Positions 1 to 12,172 are shown, counted from the first letter of the stretch. The stretch: 64,000 bases of DNA from Selaginella moellendorffii (GCF_000143415.4 NW_003314355.1:391410-455409); one strand, 5' to 3'. The notes: generated by a model from the letters alone, not told the origin. Translations and numbers: made by a program.

Positions 1-3000
1 TCGTAAGTTAATACAAACTATTCAAGGGGTTGGAGTTGACTTTAGTTGACTTAAGCCTTAGAAGGTAGTTTGTATGATGCGTCAAAAGGGATGTTGATTT
101 TTAGGGTTAAAGCAATTGAGTTGGATAGAGTCTGGAGTTGGTGTAAAAAGGTGGCCATTGCACTTTTTTAGAAAGATGACCCTTGTGCTTTTCTTTTGTA
201 GCGTTATGCTTGGTGGTAAGTTGCACTTTACATTTCATTATACTTTATGAGAGTAGTGAGCTCTCATTAATCTTGATTTGGTTTTGGTAGCTTTGCGCTT
301 TGGCTAAGGATAGTGATATCCAGCTTAATTGTTTGAAGTTGAGATGTTGGTACTCGTACTATAGCTTTTTCTATGAAGAGGTTATGTGCCAATATGAGTC
401 CATCTCATGATCTTCACTTTAGTTTTGACTAAATGTTGATTATGTATAGCTAGCCTCTTCCAGGCATGCTCAGAGCTATTGGCTTAACACATTAGTAAGC
501 TTATTGCGGTTGAATTGGGTTCAAGTGGTCATTTAGTTCATGCTTGTCTATGAACTTTTATCTCGTATCTGAGGTATTATGTTCATGTTGGACAAGTATA
601 TAATTTAATGATGTGAGTTTAGTGTTGGGTCTTGTGAAGGCAAGTTGAAAAGTGATTTTTGGTTGCTCTGTAACTAGTGATTGCTTGTAGACTTTGTTAA
701 GGACTGTTTAACACTTGTTTCGCTTGATGATGATTTAGTAATGATGGGCTTGCTTTATGGGATGGTGTTGTGGAGGATCGTGTCGTTAGACTTACATGGT
801 TTTTCTATATTGGCATATTGACTCTACTTTTGTCGATATCATTTAGTTGCATTTAGTTTGTAGTGTTGGATTTCATTGAGTTTTGGATGTGGTAATTCAC
901 TCCTTGAGGAAGTGTTATATGAAGCTGAGTATTGTTGGAGGATAAGTCTCAGATACTGACTAAGGTATCTTCGACTTTGGTCAGCTTAATTATTAGAGAG
1001 TTTTGGGTGGTGATTCACTCTTGCTTTCTTCTAGCTTTGTTCTAATGTTGATGTCATTGAAGTGATGCTTTGTCGTTGACATTATTGATGTTGAGATTCA
1101 AATGAAATGAAATATCTCTCTTTAGGAGTGATATTAAGTTTCATTAGTCTTGATGGAGATAGTGTTGATGATTTGGCTTTAGCTTTGTGTTGTTGGCATT
1201 CATGCATTTGCTAATTAGTAACTGTATTGACGTTTAAACGAATTGAGTGGCAAATTTGAGTTAATCGTGTTCTAGACGAGATTGTTTAAAAGGGGTTGAG
1301 CTTTGAGCTTTTCCTTGAAAAGTGATTTAGTCGTTGACTATACTAGCTTTACAAGCGGAAGAGTTAGTGATCGATATTGGAATGTTTAAATCCTTATTAG
1401 ATTTGAGTTGGGATATATTGATTATTGATGATTCTTCTTGAGCTTGTTATGAAGTGCATTACGTCTTATTATAGATGGATTCATGGAAGATCAATTTTAT
1501 GATCACTTGTTGAGCATAACTTTATTGTGCTTGGCTTTTGGATTGATGTAGATATACTCTTCATTAGCTTTGCATTATAAAGTTTCACTTATGGATGTGT
1601 TGAGGAGGATATTATGGATTGTGCTATGTTTTCTTCTTTAGTATTGAAATTAATTCATGCAAAACTTGTGATCATTATTAGGCAAGATTTGGCTATACGT
1701 TTCTTTGAGCTTTTGGTTTTTTGAGTTTTCATGCTCATTATTCTATTTGTTCAGAGTTGTTGGGGGAAGGCAATTTTGGCTCTTTAGCTTTGATGTTGAA
1801 GTTAGTATTTGCATATGGCAATCATTGGTGATGATTGATTATCATCTTAGATAGTTGATTATCCTTGTCAGTGGTTTTGCTTGATTATTGTTAATTTAGA
1901 ATGATTCACTATTCTTCGAGATGGTAGATTTTTTCTTTGACAATAATTATGCATCTTTTTATTGATGGGATGATTGATGATCTTTCATAATAGTTAATTA
2001 TTTTCTTTGATGGCCTTTGGCTTTTTGCAATACCAGATGTTCTTTATGGTTTGCCTTGAATTGGTTTCTTGGGTTTAAGATATCGGTAGGATGTTGTTAA
2101 CACTTGCTTAAGCAACTCTGGTTCCTTCATATTGTTGACCGAGATTTAGTCAAATTGGCTTGTGTGATAGTTGACATGAATATATGTTAGTTGGTCTCCA
2201 TTTGGCATTCATTTTGTTCTGTTGATTGTTGCTTAAGTTACTTCTGATAGATTGAATGTTATTACCTTTGGGTGATACATTTGTGAGCATGTTGTTTGTC
2301 AGTCGATGATACTTTGTGTTCTTTTAGTTGTCTTTTTTAAGTTGTTTGGCATTCTATCTGCAATCTTTAATAGTTAAGTTTTGTCATTGAATGTTCTTGA
2401 TGATATATTTGCTATTAAATTTTGTTGGATGGTGAATCCTATGTTTTCCAATTTTTATGATCTTGGTTCCTATACTATAATACTAGTTTATCGGATGATA
2501 ACTTACTTGGAATACTTTTGCGTTCTAGTCTAAGATCTATTCATTGATAATTAAGTCTCTAAGATATTATTGTCTCTGACTTTGATATTGTCCATCTATT
2601 CATCTTTGAATTTGGGCCAGTATTGGCAGACTGGTTTCGGCACTTCATGTGCATGGTGAAATCTCTAGTCATGGGGTAGCTACTATCGACTGGTCACATC
2701 ACCTGCCTCTCTGTCGATGTTCCTTATTCTATTCAAAGGGCGTGACCGTGTAAATAACTCTAATTGCCTATTTACAGTAGTCTATCTAAACCTTACCGAC
2801 AGGTTTGGTTTTTTTGCTTAAGAAGGTTGGGGCCTCTGGCTTCTCTCTATGCCACCTGCGAGCAGGGGCATATCACACTTTTGTAAGCTAGGTGACACCT
2901 AGAGTAGCAAGGGTGGCTAACTCCGTTAGTCATTTCCTTATTAGCGACGGCCAGAAGGTGTCTGAGTTGGTAGCACATCTGCGTTAGACAATGGGATTGC

Positions 3001-4225
3001 CTCCTAACTCATTTAAGTTCATGCATTTCTCATATAGTGTGAATATTGTGAGCTTTTTCTGGAGTTGTTTTCTTGGTGGTATTCTAGACTAGAGTGCGTA
3101 TTGAGGAGGATATTGATCTTTCCTAGGGGGGAGAGTGTTGCGAATGTAACTTTAGGTATTGAAAGTTACCTGCCGGCCAATCCTTATGGACACTCTTTCT
3201 TTACTGCCACGATGGCAGGAGGTTAGTATTGCTAGACCCTTTATCAATCCCTCTTGTGTTAGTGGAGTTAACTGGGCATTTCGAGTGTACTTAGACCGGA
3301 CGAGCATAAGGATGGAATTCCTACGTGTTATTAGCTAAGCATGTTTAACCTAGTAAGGAGTTCGCGTCTCGTTGTGTCTGGCACTGGCTAATGACAAAAA
3401 CCCTCGCATATTGAGACTAGTCCCTCAATATTTCTACATGATAGCTTACAGTGTCTGCCAAACACCTTCACTATCATACCTTTTGTGTTAGTCTCATTTC
3501 GGTCCCAAATACTATTTATGGAAAGTGTCTTAATTTGCTCATTTGGCATATTTACGGAATGTAAAGATTGTTTTGAACACAATGGTGTTTATCCCGTGTC
3601 CAAATTTGCAATGTAAAAACATTCCATATTTAGTAAGTTTCAAGCTTGTCCCAAAGACTAACTCTTGGTACTAAGGGAGGTTTGGGGTGAAAGCCCAAAG
3701 CATGTGTTCCTCAAGAGGGGGGGGGGGGGGGATATGGGGGGTTTCAAATGTATAGTAGGGATAGTGGGTAGGTTGGGCATGATTGACCAACTTGAAGCAT
3801 AGTCTAGCTCCCTGTCCTTGTTCTACATCCGGCTTGGGTCTAAGCCTAAGTTCCATTCCATGCTAGCTGGTGGAATACCCATATCCTTGTGTTAGGCCAC
3901 CGGTCTGCTGAAATAGCGCCAGACTCCATTTGGCTCCGTTCTGCGTGCTGGTCTTAGCATTAGGATGTTGGTTGCTCTGGGATTGTTCTGAGTCGATTCA
4001 TGCTCCTGTCCCTTCGCTCTTTATGCTATACATTTGGGAGTTGTTCCGTGCTCTAGTGCCATTGCTCCTTGGCTCCATGCTTGGGAGTTTGGCACCATTC
4101 CTTTGTTCAGTGGCCCATGGCCCTAAATCTTGGGCTTCGCACCACTATCCTATGGACACATGGCATATGACACGTAGCATATAGAGGGTTTAGGTTCTGC
4201 TTTGTGGTGTTATCCTATGGTAAAT

Positions 4226-4642
4226 TGAAAACTCCTGGAATCTCTGGACTGGGAGGAAACATCCACACGAGATCTTCCTAGGAGTTTCAAATCTAATCTA
4301 GTCCCTAAAACTAAAACTACACTACGAGATGAGTGCACTTACCTGCTTGTGCCAAGCCAAGTAGAGACTGTGATCATGTGCTTGAAGGTGCTAGTCCCAC
4401 GCCTTTGATCCCTTGAAGGCGGTGGGTAAGTATGACATTGCTGTGAATAGCCAAAGAGATAGGCAGAATGACGATGTATTGCAATGTATTTTGTATTAGG
4501 GATAATCTAAAAACATTCTAAGTCCTACTTTTATAGTCGCTACTGCTCACGTCAAGGTTAGGAATACAGTCCTAACCTTGAACCTCTCAAGTTTACTTTC
4601 CTAAGCTTGAATCCTCGAGCTTGTCTTTTTCTCCCTTCTCCA
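4226..4642 (-). repeat. Element B 3' LTR
   Basis: Direct repeat of 9629-10047 with only a few differences. Confidence 0.95.
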
Positions 4643-4908
4643 CTCTCCCACGACTGCTTTGTGCTGCGTCCCGCAGTCACTGCTCCATTGCTGCATCGTG
4701 GGTAGCTGCTCCCTCATGTGGCTCCTCCTCCTCTTCATAAGTCTGAGCTGCTTCCTCAAAGTCTTGTGATCTGAATTTGACCAGTTTCTTCCCGAGATCA
4801 GTTGCGCAAATGCCTCTTCTTGAAACTTTAAACATCCGACTTGAAACAGCCACGACTTCTCCTGGACGGCTTTCAGTTTTGCTGCTTTACTACTTACTTC
4901 CTCTACTC

Positions 4909-7288
4909 CTACAGAGCTACAAAGGATGAAACCAGCTTGCCTCTGTCCCACCAGAACCTGAGAAACACACTTCCTCGTCTCTTCACCAACTTCACACCAG
5001 CCACCTTCAAGTGCAAACTTTGGCCTGGGTATACGGCTCCTCTTGATGGCTGCTCCACAAGGTTCTGAACTTCTACACCTCTTTGTTGTCTAACATCTTC
5101 TTCTTTCTTCTTCACAACAGCTTTCTGCTCCAAGCCAGCTTGACCAGCTGCTGCTTGTTCCACGTCAAACTCTGGCATTGAATTTTTCTTCTGCTCCGTC
5201 TGCTCACAAAACTTCGGAAGCACCACCTCAAGTTCCTGCGTCTGAAACTCCTTTATCCACTGCAGGTCTTCGTCTTCTTCTGCTGGTTGCTCAATCTGAT
5301 CAGGCTGTTCATCTTCCACCAGGTTTTGCTTCAACCTTGCTTCAGCTTGCTCTTCCACATGAAACTTTTCTTTCTGCTGAACAGGTGCCAGCTCCTCTTG
5401 GGTAAAACTTCTTGTTTCTTGATTGTTTGATTGTTTGTCGTGTTCTTTGATTGTTTCTAAATCTTGTGCTTGCAATTCAACTTGAATTGCTTTAAGTATT
5501 TTCTTGCTTTTCTTCCATTCGGTTTCTGGGATAATTTCAACTTCATCATTGTAATCTTGTTCTTCCAGATTATCTGGTTGCTGATACTTGTATTGTTGTC
5601 TCGTGATAGTTCGTATTGCTGGTTCTTCAAAAGTTTGTGGTTCGTCAATTTCCACCTCAACATTCCGTGCTGCTGGTGGTCTTGGTCTCGGAGCCTGATT
5701 GTTTACTCCTTGGTTATTTTCGCGATTTGCATTTTGGTAAGGTTGTCGAGGTCGATTATCTTGTTGTGGTGCAGGTCGCTGGTTGTAATTGTAACCTTGA
5801 GTTTGAGGTGGTCTTTGATNNNNNNNNNNNNNNNNNNNNNNNNNNNNNNNNNNNNNNNNNNNNNNNNNNNNNNNNNNNNNNNNNNNNNNNNNNNNNNNNN
5901 NNNNNNNNNNNNNNNNNNNNNNNNNNNNNNNNNNNNNNNNNNNNNNNNNNNNNNNNNNNNNNNNNNNNNNNNNNNNNNNNNNNNNNNNNNNNNNNNNNNN
6001 NNNNNNNNNNNNNNNNNNNNNNNNNNNNNNNNNNNNNNNNNNNNNNNNNNNNNNNNNNNNNNNNNNNNNNNNNNNNNNNNNNNNNNNNNNNNNNNNNNNN
6101 NNNNNNNNNNNNNNNNNNNNNNNNNNNNNNNNNNNNNNNNNNNNNNNNNNNNNNNNNNNNNNNNNNNNNNNNNNNNNNNNNNNNNNNNNNNNNNNNNNNN
6201 NNNNNNNAATTTGACACTTTGGAGCTGTAATTTGCATTCAAATATGTATGTCCCTCGTTTTTACACTTTGTACACCACACTCCTACTTTGAGTTCGGTTT
6301 GTGAGATTTTCCTGATTATATCCTTCAAGTCTTGGTCTTTTGGTGTTTTCTTCTTTGTCTTAATGCGTATTTCTTCCTCTTCTTCATCATCTGAACCGTC
6401 ATCGGTTTGTGAAGGTATAGCTTTTGTGAATTGCTTGAATCGCTTTTCCAATGTGAGGATTTCTTTGGAGAGTGTATCAACACTTTCATCATCTGGATTC
6501 TCTGTTGCAGCAGCAATTGCTACCATGTTTCTATAGATTTCTTTTAGTCCTTGGATATAGGATAAGCTCTTTCCTTTATCTGTTATCAAATCCTTGCAGT
6601 GCTTTGCATGAAACTTAAATCTTCGAGTGTAATCTTGAATTCCTTCACGTGATTTTTGCTTGAAGTTTTTGATGATCTCATAGTGTTCTTCTGGAGTTCC
6701 ACCGGTCTGGAATTGCTCCTTAAATTGTGTGACTTTTTCATCATGGGTCAAAGCATCATCGAGTGTATTATGCCAATCGAGTGCTTTTCCTTTAAGTGTG
6801 TATGGGAAAAGTATTTCTTGATGCATTTCCTGTTTGTTCATCTTTACAATTTGATCAAATTGTTTAAGATGCTGGTTTGCATCTTCGGTTTTTCCACCAG
6901 TAAAAATGGGATAGGAAATCATGTTCCCTATGGCTGTCGCTAGATTGATGATTGCCATTTGAAGTTGTAGACTTTGTTGGTGAAATTGTTGTTCTGGTGA
7001 GTCTGGATTGGAGTAAAACTTTGGTGCTATGTATTCGGCTTCTTCAAATGCCTCAAACTTTGGGGCGTCTTCACTATTTAGTTCTTTGTTATCGTTGGCT
7101 GAGTTGCTTGACTCGGCAACTTGAATTTCTTTATCCTCCTTGTCGTACTTCTCTAATATTGTTTCTAAAATTTGTTGCTGTTGTTGTTCTAGTTTCTCTT
7201 TTCCTATCTCTTCCTTTTTCACTTCTCGATTCTTTTGTCGAAGATTTCTTTCCCGGATCTTGATTGGGTCTGGTTTGTGTTTGTACAT
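4909..7288 (-). CDS. gag: Retrotransposon Gag: capsid-like domain, CCHC knuckle and long Q/E-rich tail. Spans an N gap.
   Basis: YPIFTGGKTEDANQHL...FPYTLKGKALDW...FKEQF retrotrans_gag motifs and a WCTKCKNEGHT knuckle (1-nt frameshift before the last Cys). Continues after the gap at 5820-6208. No protease, RT or integrase seen. Confidence 0.85.
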
Positions 7289-7386
7289 TCAGTTTGCTGA
7301 GTCTTCTCAACTTGAATGTTGAGATAAGTTTCCTGAATTTATGTTTTGCCTAAGTTGTCTGGAGTCAGATGTTGTTCTTCATAGAT

Positions 7387-7533
7387 TGCAAAGTCAAGCT
7401 CTTATGTCTTGAGTCTTCAGCAAGTTTGTTTTTGGTGTATAAATGCGAAGTCAAGCTCTTGTGTCTTGAGTCTTCTGCAAGTTTGGTTTTGTAGTAGAAA
7501 TGCGAAGTCAAGCTCTTGTGTCTTGAGTCTTCA
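7387..7533. repeat. Three ~57-bp tandem repeats in element B upstream of gag
   Basis: AAGTCAAGCTCTT(A/G)TGTCTTGAGTCTTC x3. Confidence 0.85.
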
Positions 7534-8042
7534 ATCGAGTTTTTCTTTCTCGATTCTTCCCGAGTTTCTTCTCGAGGTCACTTTCCTGAGTCTAGCTTAG
7601 GAAAGGTCTTGTATTTGAAAAATCTGGTGGTGTAAGTAAGTACGATTTTGTTTGTGGAAGGAGGTTGGTTGTGTCATATATTGATCGATGTAGCTGTTCG
7701 CTAGTGATATTTGGTGCTGCTCTCCAAGTTTGGGATCGAGCAGGTATGCAAACGATTGCAACTCTCTTTAGGAGTCCAATCTTATCTAAATTCTTGAACA
7801 ATTGTTTTGGTCTCTTACAATATGTTGGTCGTACTGGAATGCGAGCTCTCACTATGAACGTTTGTGTTTCCCAGTCGTTGGTAGTATTTGAAAATGCTGA
7901 ATACAGCAGTGGTTGTATTTTAATGTCCTAATTCTTGTATATTTCTAGTCTCTAATGACGTCCACACGTCACAGTATAGTTTCCAACAGATTCTTGTTGC
8001 TTTAAGCCTATGTGTGCGCGGGTTTATCCAGCGCAATTTTCT

Positions 8043-8900
8043 CTATGGTCGATTGCGTGATGGTGCATTTCCCCGATGCTGTTCTTGCCGGTGGTGTTCT
8101 ACTTCCCTCTGTCGTATAACACGTTCTCTTTCACGATCAGAGTCGATCGCTTCACGAACTTCCCAAGGGATAGTCTCAATTAATACCCTTGCATTATAAG
8201 TTTGAATCCTTGACGCAGGATCTCCTAAAATACTCCTTAAAATGTTGAGACTGCTTGGACGCACTCTTCCTTGTTGGTTGCGAGTGATATGTAGCTCTAG
8301 GCTGGGGTTTCGACGTTGGACCTCAGTGTCAAAGTTGAAGTTTGTTACTGTATTTAATCTTGGCCTATTGTGATTCTGTCTTAAATTTCTCCTCCTTCGA
8401 CTTGTTATCCTTGAGTTTACAAGTCATTCCCTTGAACTTGATGCAAGTTTAGGTTCCCGTCGGTTTCTTAAACTCGAATTCCAAATTGGAATTTGTTGAT
8501 GGCCTTGTCCTTGATTTCTTAATTCTCCAGCTATTCTCGTCCGTCCTAAACGGTGCCAATATGCTATAGCATATAATTCGATAAGAGTACTTGTTGGTAG
8601 CGTTACACGGAGAGGACTTTGAAGAAGTCGGTAAAGTAATTCCGCGTTCTCTTCGAAATCTCTAAATCTAAGAGTGTCCACAAACCAACGAACTTGTGGT
8701 TCAAAAATTCCACACTCTGTTGCTGCTATGACTCTCGTCAAATCAATGTTGAAAGCAAGCGTTAATGGTTGAAAAGTTTCATGTTTGTGTATGCCTAGGA
8801 ATTCAACAATTGTTTGTTGAAAGAGGTGTCCGCGATACACCCAAGTCAGGGTTCTTCGAGTTGCAAAGAAATCGAAGTAAACATATTTTTCTTTCAACAT
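8043..8900 (-). pseudogene. Element B accessory ORF of unknown function (~286 codons, one in-frame TGA at 8424-8426)
   Basis: The 158-aa ORF 8424..8900 is in frame with 8043..8264, and the 53 codons between them are open. Confidence 0.55.
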
Positions 8901-8921
8901 TTCCTCATTTTTGCATCCCTC

Positions 8922-9251
8922 CTATTTGCTAGACAATTTGTAGAAGAGTCGCAGAATCGTTTCTTGAAGTTTTTGTAAACAACTAAAGCTTTGTTTCGCT
9001 GCTTGTTCTAAACTATTGTCTCTCTTTTTGGTGTCGTTTTCTTGGGCTATTTCTTCTTGTTTCCTACTCTCCTCTGCTGTGGCATTTTCATCCCTGATTC
9101 GGAGTCTTGCTTTTGCTTGCTTGCAAGTGTCGCATCGCCATTTTGGATAGCATTGCTTGTACGGTTTTGCACAATTTCTGAAACCACACAAAAGGCAGTC
9201 TTCGTATCTTGTACAGCTTGTGTCTCAAAATGGGCAGTCGTGCTTTTTCAT
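8922..9251 (-). pseudogene. Element B accessory ORF, PHD-finger-like Cys-rich protein with one in-frame TGA
   Basis: MKKHDCPF*DTSCTRYEDCLLCGFRNCAKPYKQCYPKWRCDTCK followed by a charged helical tail. Confidence 0.55.
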
Positions 9252-9610
9252 TCTTCCTCCATCTCCAGCCGCTAGAATTTTCCCTTAGTCGTTTCCTTAT
9301 CGCAGATCCTTGGAATATTCGCTTTCTTCAACCTCTCGCCAAAAACAGTTACGCATGCTCCAAGTTTTCCACGACTTGGGTGGCTTCAATCTTCATGTGT
9401 TCTTCATCTTTTGGTCTTACGCTCCATTTTTTTTCTTCATTCCTTCATGCTCTTCCACCGTTTTTGTTTTACGGTCTTGTTTTTCTTGATTTTTGGGGCT
9501 TTTTCTTCCTATGCCATTTTCTTGTGCGTCTTTGGTCCGTTTTCCTTGAAGTTTTGGGGAAAGTGAGCGTCTTGGTCTGCTCTATTCCATGAGCTCTTCA
9601 CATCACCATA

Positions 9611-9627
9611 TCCCACTGTGGTCGCTA
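9611..9627 (-). other. PBS complementary to the tRNA-Arg(UCG) 3' end
   Basis: The + strand reads TCCCACTGTGGTCGCTA. This matches the recalled plant tRNA-Arg(UCG) end TCCCACTGTGGTCG-CCA with one mismatch and lies 1 bp from the LTR. Confidence 0.8.
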
Positions 9628-9628
9628 G

Positions 9629-10047
9629 TGAAAACTCCTTGAATTCTCTGGACTGGGAGGAAACGTCCACACGAGATTTTCCTAGGAGTTTCAAATCTAA
9701 TCTAGTCCCTAAAACTAAAACTACACTACAAGAAGAGTGCACTTACCTGCTTGTGCCAAGCCAAGTAGAAACTATGAACATGTGCTTGAAGGTGTTAGTC
9801 CCACGCCTTTGATCCCTTGAAGGCGGTGGGTAAGTAAGACATTGCTGTGAATAGCCAAAGAGATAGGCAGAATGACGATGTATTGCAATGTATTTTGTAT
9901 TAGGGATAAGTCTAAAAACATTCTAAGTCCTACTTTTATAGTCGCTACTGCTCACGTCAAGGTTAGGAATACAGTCCTAACCTTGAACCTCTCAAGTTTA
10001 CTTTCCTAAGCTTGAATCCTCGAGCTTGTCTTTTTCTCCCTTCTCCA
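9629..10047 (-). repeat. Element B 5' LTR
   Basis: Followed on the minus strand by the PBS. Confidence 0.95.
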
Positions 10048-10090
10048 TAAATCACCATAGGATAAAGGGTAAAAACCATATATGCTCTCA

Positions 10091-10425
10091 TTATCCTTAT
10101 TATATATTTGAAACCCTTTTTTTTTTAATGCACACTTTGGGCTTTCACCCCTAATCACCTTTAGTACTAGCAGTTAGTCTCTGGGACTAATTTGAAACTT
10201 ATTAAATATAAAATGGTGCTAAATTGATAATTTGGATATGGGATATGGGATTATCACCATTGTGTTCAAAACAATCTCTACTATTCCATAAATATACTAA
10301 ATTAGCAAATGTAGATACTTTCTATAAATAGTAATTAGGACTAAACAAAACTAACACAAAAGGCATCATAATAAGGGTGTTTGGTAAACAGAATAAGCTA
10401 TCATCTAGTGATATTGAGGGACCAA
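10091..10425 (-). repeat. Old inverted fragment of a family A LTR
   Basis: Reverse complement of ~3420-3760, including CTTTGGGCTTTCACCCC; heavily C>T mutated. Confidence 0.8.
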
Positions 10426-10576
10426 GGCATTTAGATTATTAAAAAAAAATAAGTAACATTTCAATGAAAGAATATTAATATAACACCTAGTTTGGATAAA
10501 GTAGCAATAAAGGTTGGAAAAGCATGGAAGTAAACTTGTTAAATACAGTCTAGAAAACCAATACATAAATATCTAA

Positions 10577-10835
10577 TTATATCCAAACTCTGAGAAAATA
10601 GTAATGGGAATATCTTGTGAATGATGTATCTTTTGTTGTGCTAGATTCTCCATAGGCCTCTTTAGGTTCAGAGCCGATATCTAAACTCTTAAATTGCATG
10701 TTTGCTTGCAGCAGAGCGTTCATGATCTTGTTAACACAGTTGGTTACCACTCTCTCATCCACAACCGTGGCATTACTAAATCTTTTGATTGCACTATCGA
10801 AGTCAATCCTCCTAGCATTATTTTGTTTAAACCCT
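10577..10835 (-). other. Possible orphan exon or gene fragment
   Basis: Open frame GFKQNNARRIDFDSAIKRF...VTNCVNKIMNALLQ after a TTGTCTAG acceptor-like site; family not recognised. Confidence 0.25.
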
Positions 10836-11159
10836 AGACAATGAACAGGTAAATGTTTTTACTTTAAGGCAAAAAAATACATATAAACAAAAATTAAAAT
10901 CCATGTCCAGGCAAGAGACCTTCTTTTTCACTTTTAGAGTTCAGAAGTGTAATTAAGAGGAGCTTAATTATAGTGTTTTAGCATGTTTCTCCCTATGTTA
11001 AGAGGCTCTCACTCTCAATATTTGGCGATTGGATGATATCTTCATGGTGAAACAATCTCATAATATAAAGTATGAGATCACATGGACTCCAGGACTAGGT
11101 TTCACATTCATTTCTTTTTGTCTTTGCTGGTCATGTACTCCACTAACTTGTACTTGCTG

Positions 11160-12172
11160 TCTGAGTTCGAGTCTGAGAGGGTGAAAGCCCAAAGCGTTCG
11201 TCTCCCAGACCCTGGGGGGTTTGGTGAGCTCCAAAAGTATAGTAGGGGGGAGGACTATAGTGGAGCCAGTTTGGCTAGGAAAGGCCAGTTTGGCCCAGGA
11301 AGGCTGTACCCAGTGTTGGGTGATGAGCTGCCCACTGGGAAGTCCAAGACTAGAGTGAACATGGACCGACAAGCGGGGTAGCTTGGTGAAGTGTTCAAGA
11401 GCCGGCTCTAGTTCTCCCGGGAGATCGACTAGCCGATGCTCCCAGTCCAAGTGTGGGTGGCACTACCTACTTGGATACCTGGTGTGGCTCAACGGAACCT
11501 CGCTCTAAGCCCATGGCTAGAGCACCTAAAGGCGGAAGGTGGGGAGAGTACCCACGAGGCTCGCTTAAGGCCACGGTGTTACGAAATGTTGTCCCAAAGG
11601 CCCAGACTGTGGAAAGGAAGAGGAGTAGTCCTCTGGTGCAGTGACCAAGGATACAGTCAAGTGGTGAGGAAGTCCCAGAGGACCATGGGACTTAGTGGTC
11701 AAGCCTATGGGCCTCGATCCAGTGGCAGTGTTGGCGAACACGGCCATGGGTAGAAAGGGACTTGGTGGAGACCGGAAAAGGGAGGTTGGGGAAGGCTATT
11801 CCCCATATCTGTGGGCATCCTAAGGATGCTAAGGAGTGGATCTGGGATGATCACTCATGGATGGATGGCTCAATTTTTGAGAGACAGGAATGTAATGTAG
11901 GTGGTGTTAGACAACTAATGTGACCAAGGTGAATGGGCATGGCCTTAGCATAATGGGCTGATATGTCAGTGGTACCTTGGGGTGTCGGTCATGGGATCGG
12001 ACACGTGGAGCACTTGGACCAAGTGCAAAGGTTGAGTGGCGGGGATGCCATTCTTGGGGCTAGCAAGCCCAAGTCCAAAATAGGACTTATGGAGGTTGTG
12101 AGTGAGACTGCTTCAAGTGGTCGGCGGTGTGGTTAAGTGATTAAAGTAGAATGGAAAAATTAATCACTTACA
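11160..12172 (+). repeat. 5'-truncated family C LTR
   Basis: Matches the 3' ~1 kb of the C LTR and ends CACTTACA. Confidence 0.88.

Larger units (their letters stand above)
4226..10047 (-). mobile_element. Element B: gag-only Ty3/Gypsy-type LTR retrotransposon with extra 5' ORFs
   Basis: Near-identical LTRs at 4226-4642 and 9629-10047 (TG..CA). TSD TAAAT at 4221-4225 and 10048-10052. PBS at 9611-9627. PPT-like GTGGGAGAG next to 4642. Confidence 0.95.
1..10090 (+). mobile_element. Family A non-autonomous LTR retrotransposon, copy A1 (5' part outside window; 3' LTR interrupted by element B)
   Basis: Bases 1-3135 align by eye with A2 internal ~27450-30571. PPT AGGGGGGAGAG ends at 3135. The 3' LTR starts TGTTGCG at 3136, is split at 4225, resumes at 10048 and ends ~10090. 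Confidence 0.88.

Noticed and set aside
5464-6291. Plus-strand ORFs crossing the N gap
   Set aside because: Artefacts of the Ns and antisense shadows of gag
10960-11159. Possible 3' remnant (PPT/LTR) of Copia E left of the nest
   Set aside because: No match to the E LTR or a TSD could be established
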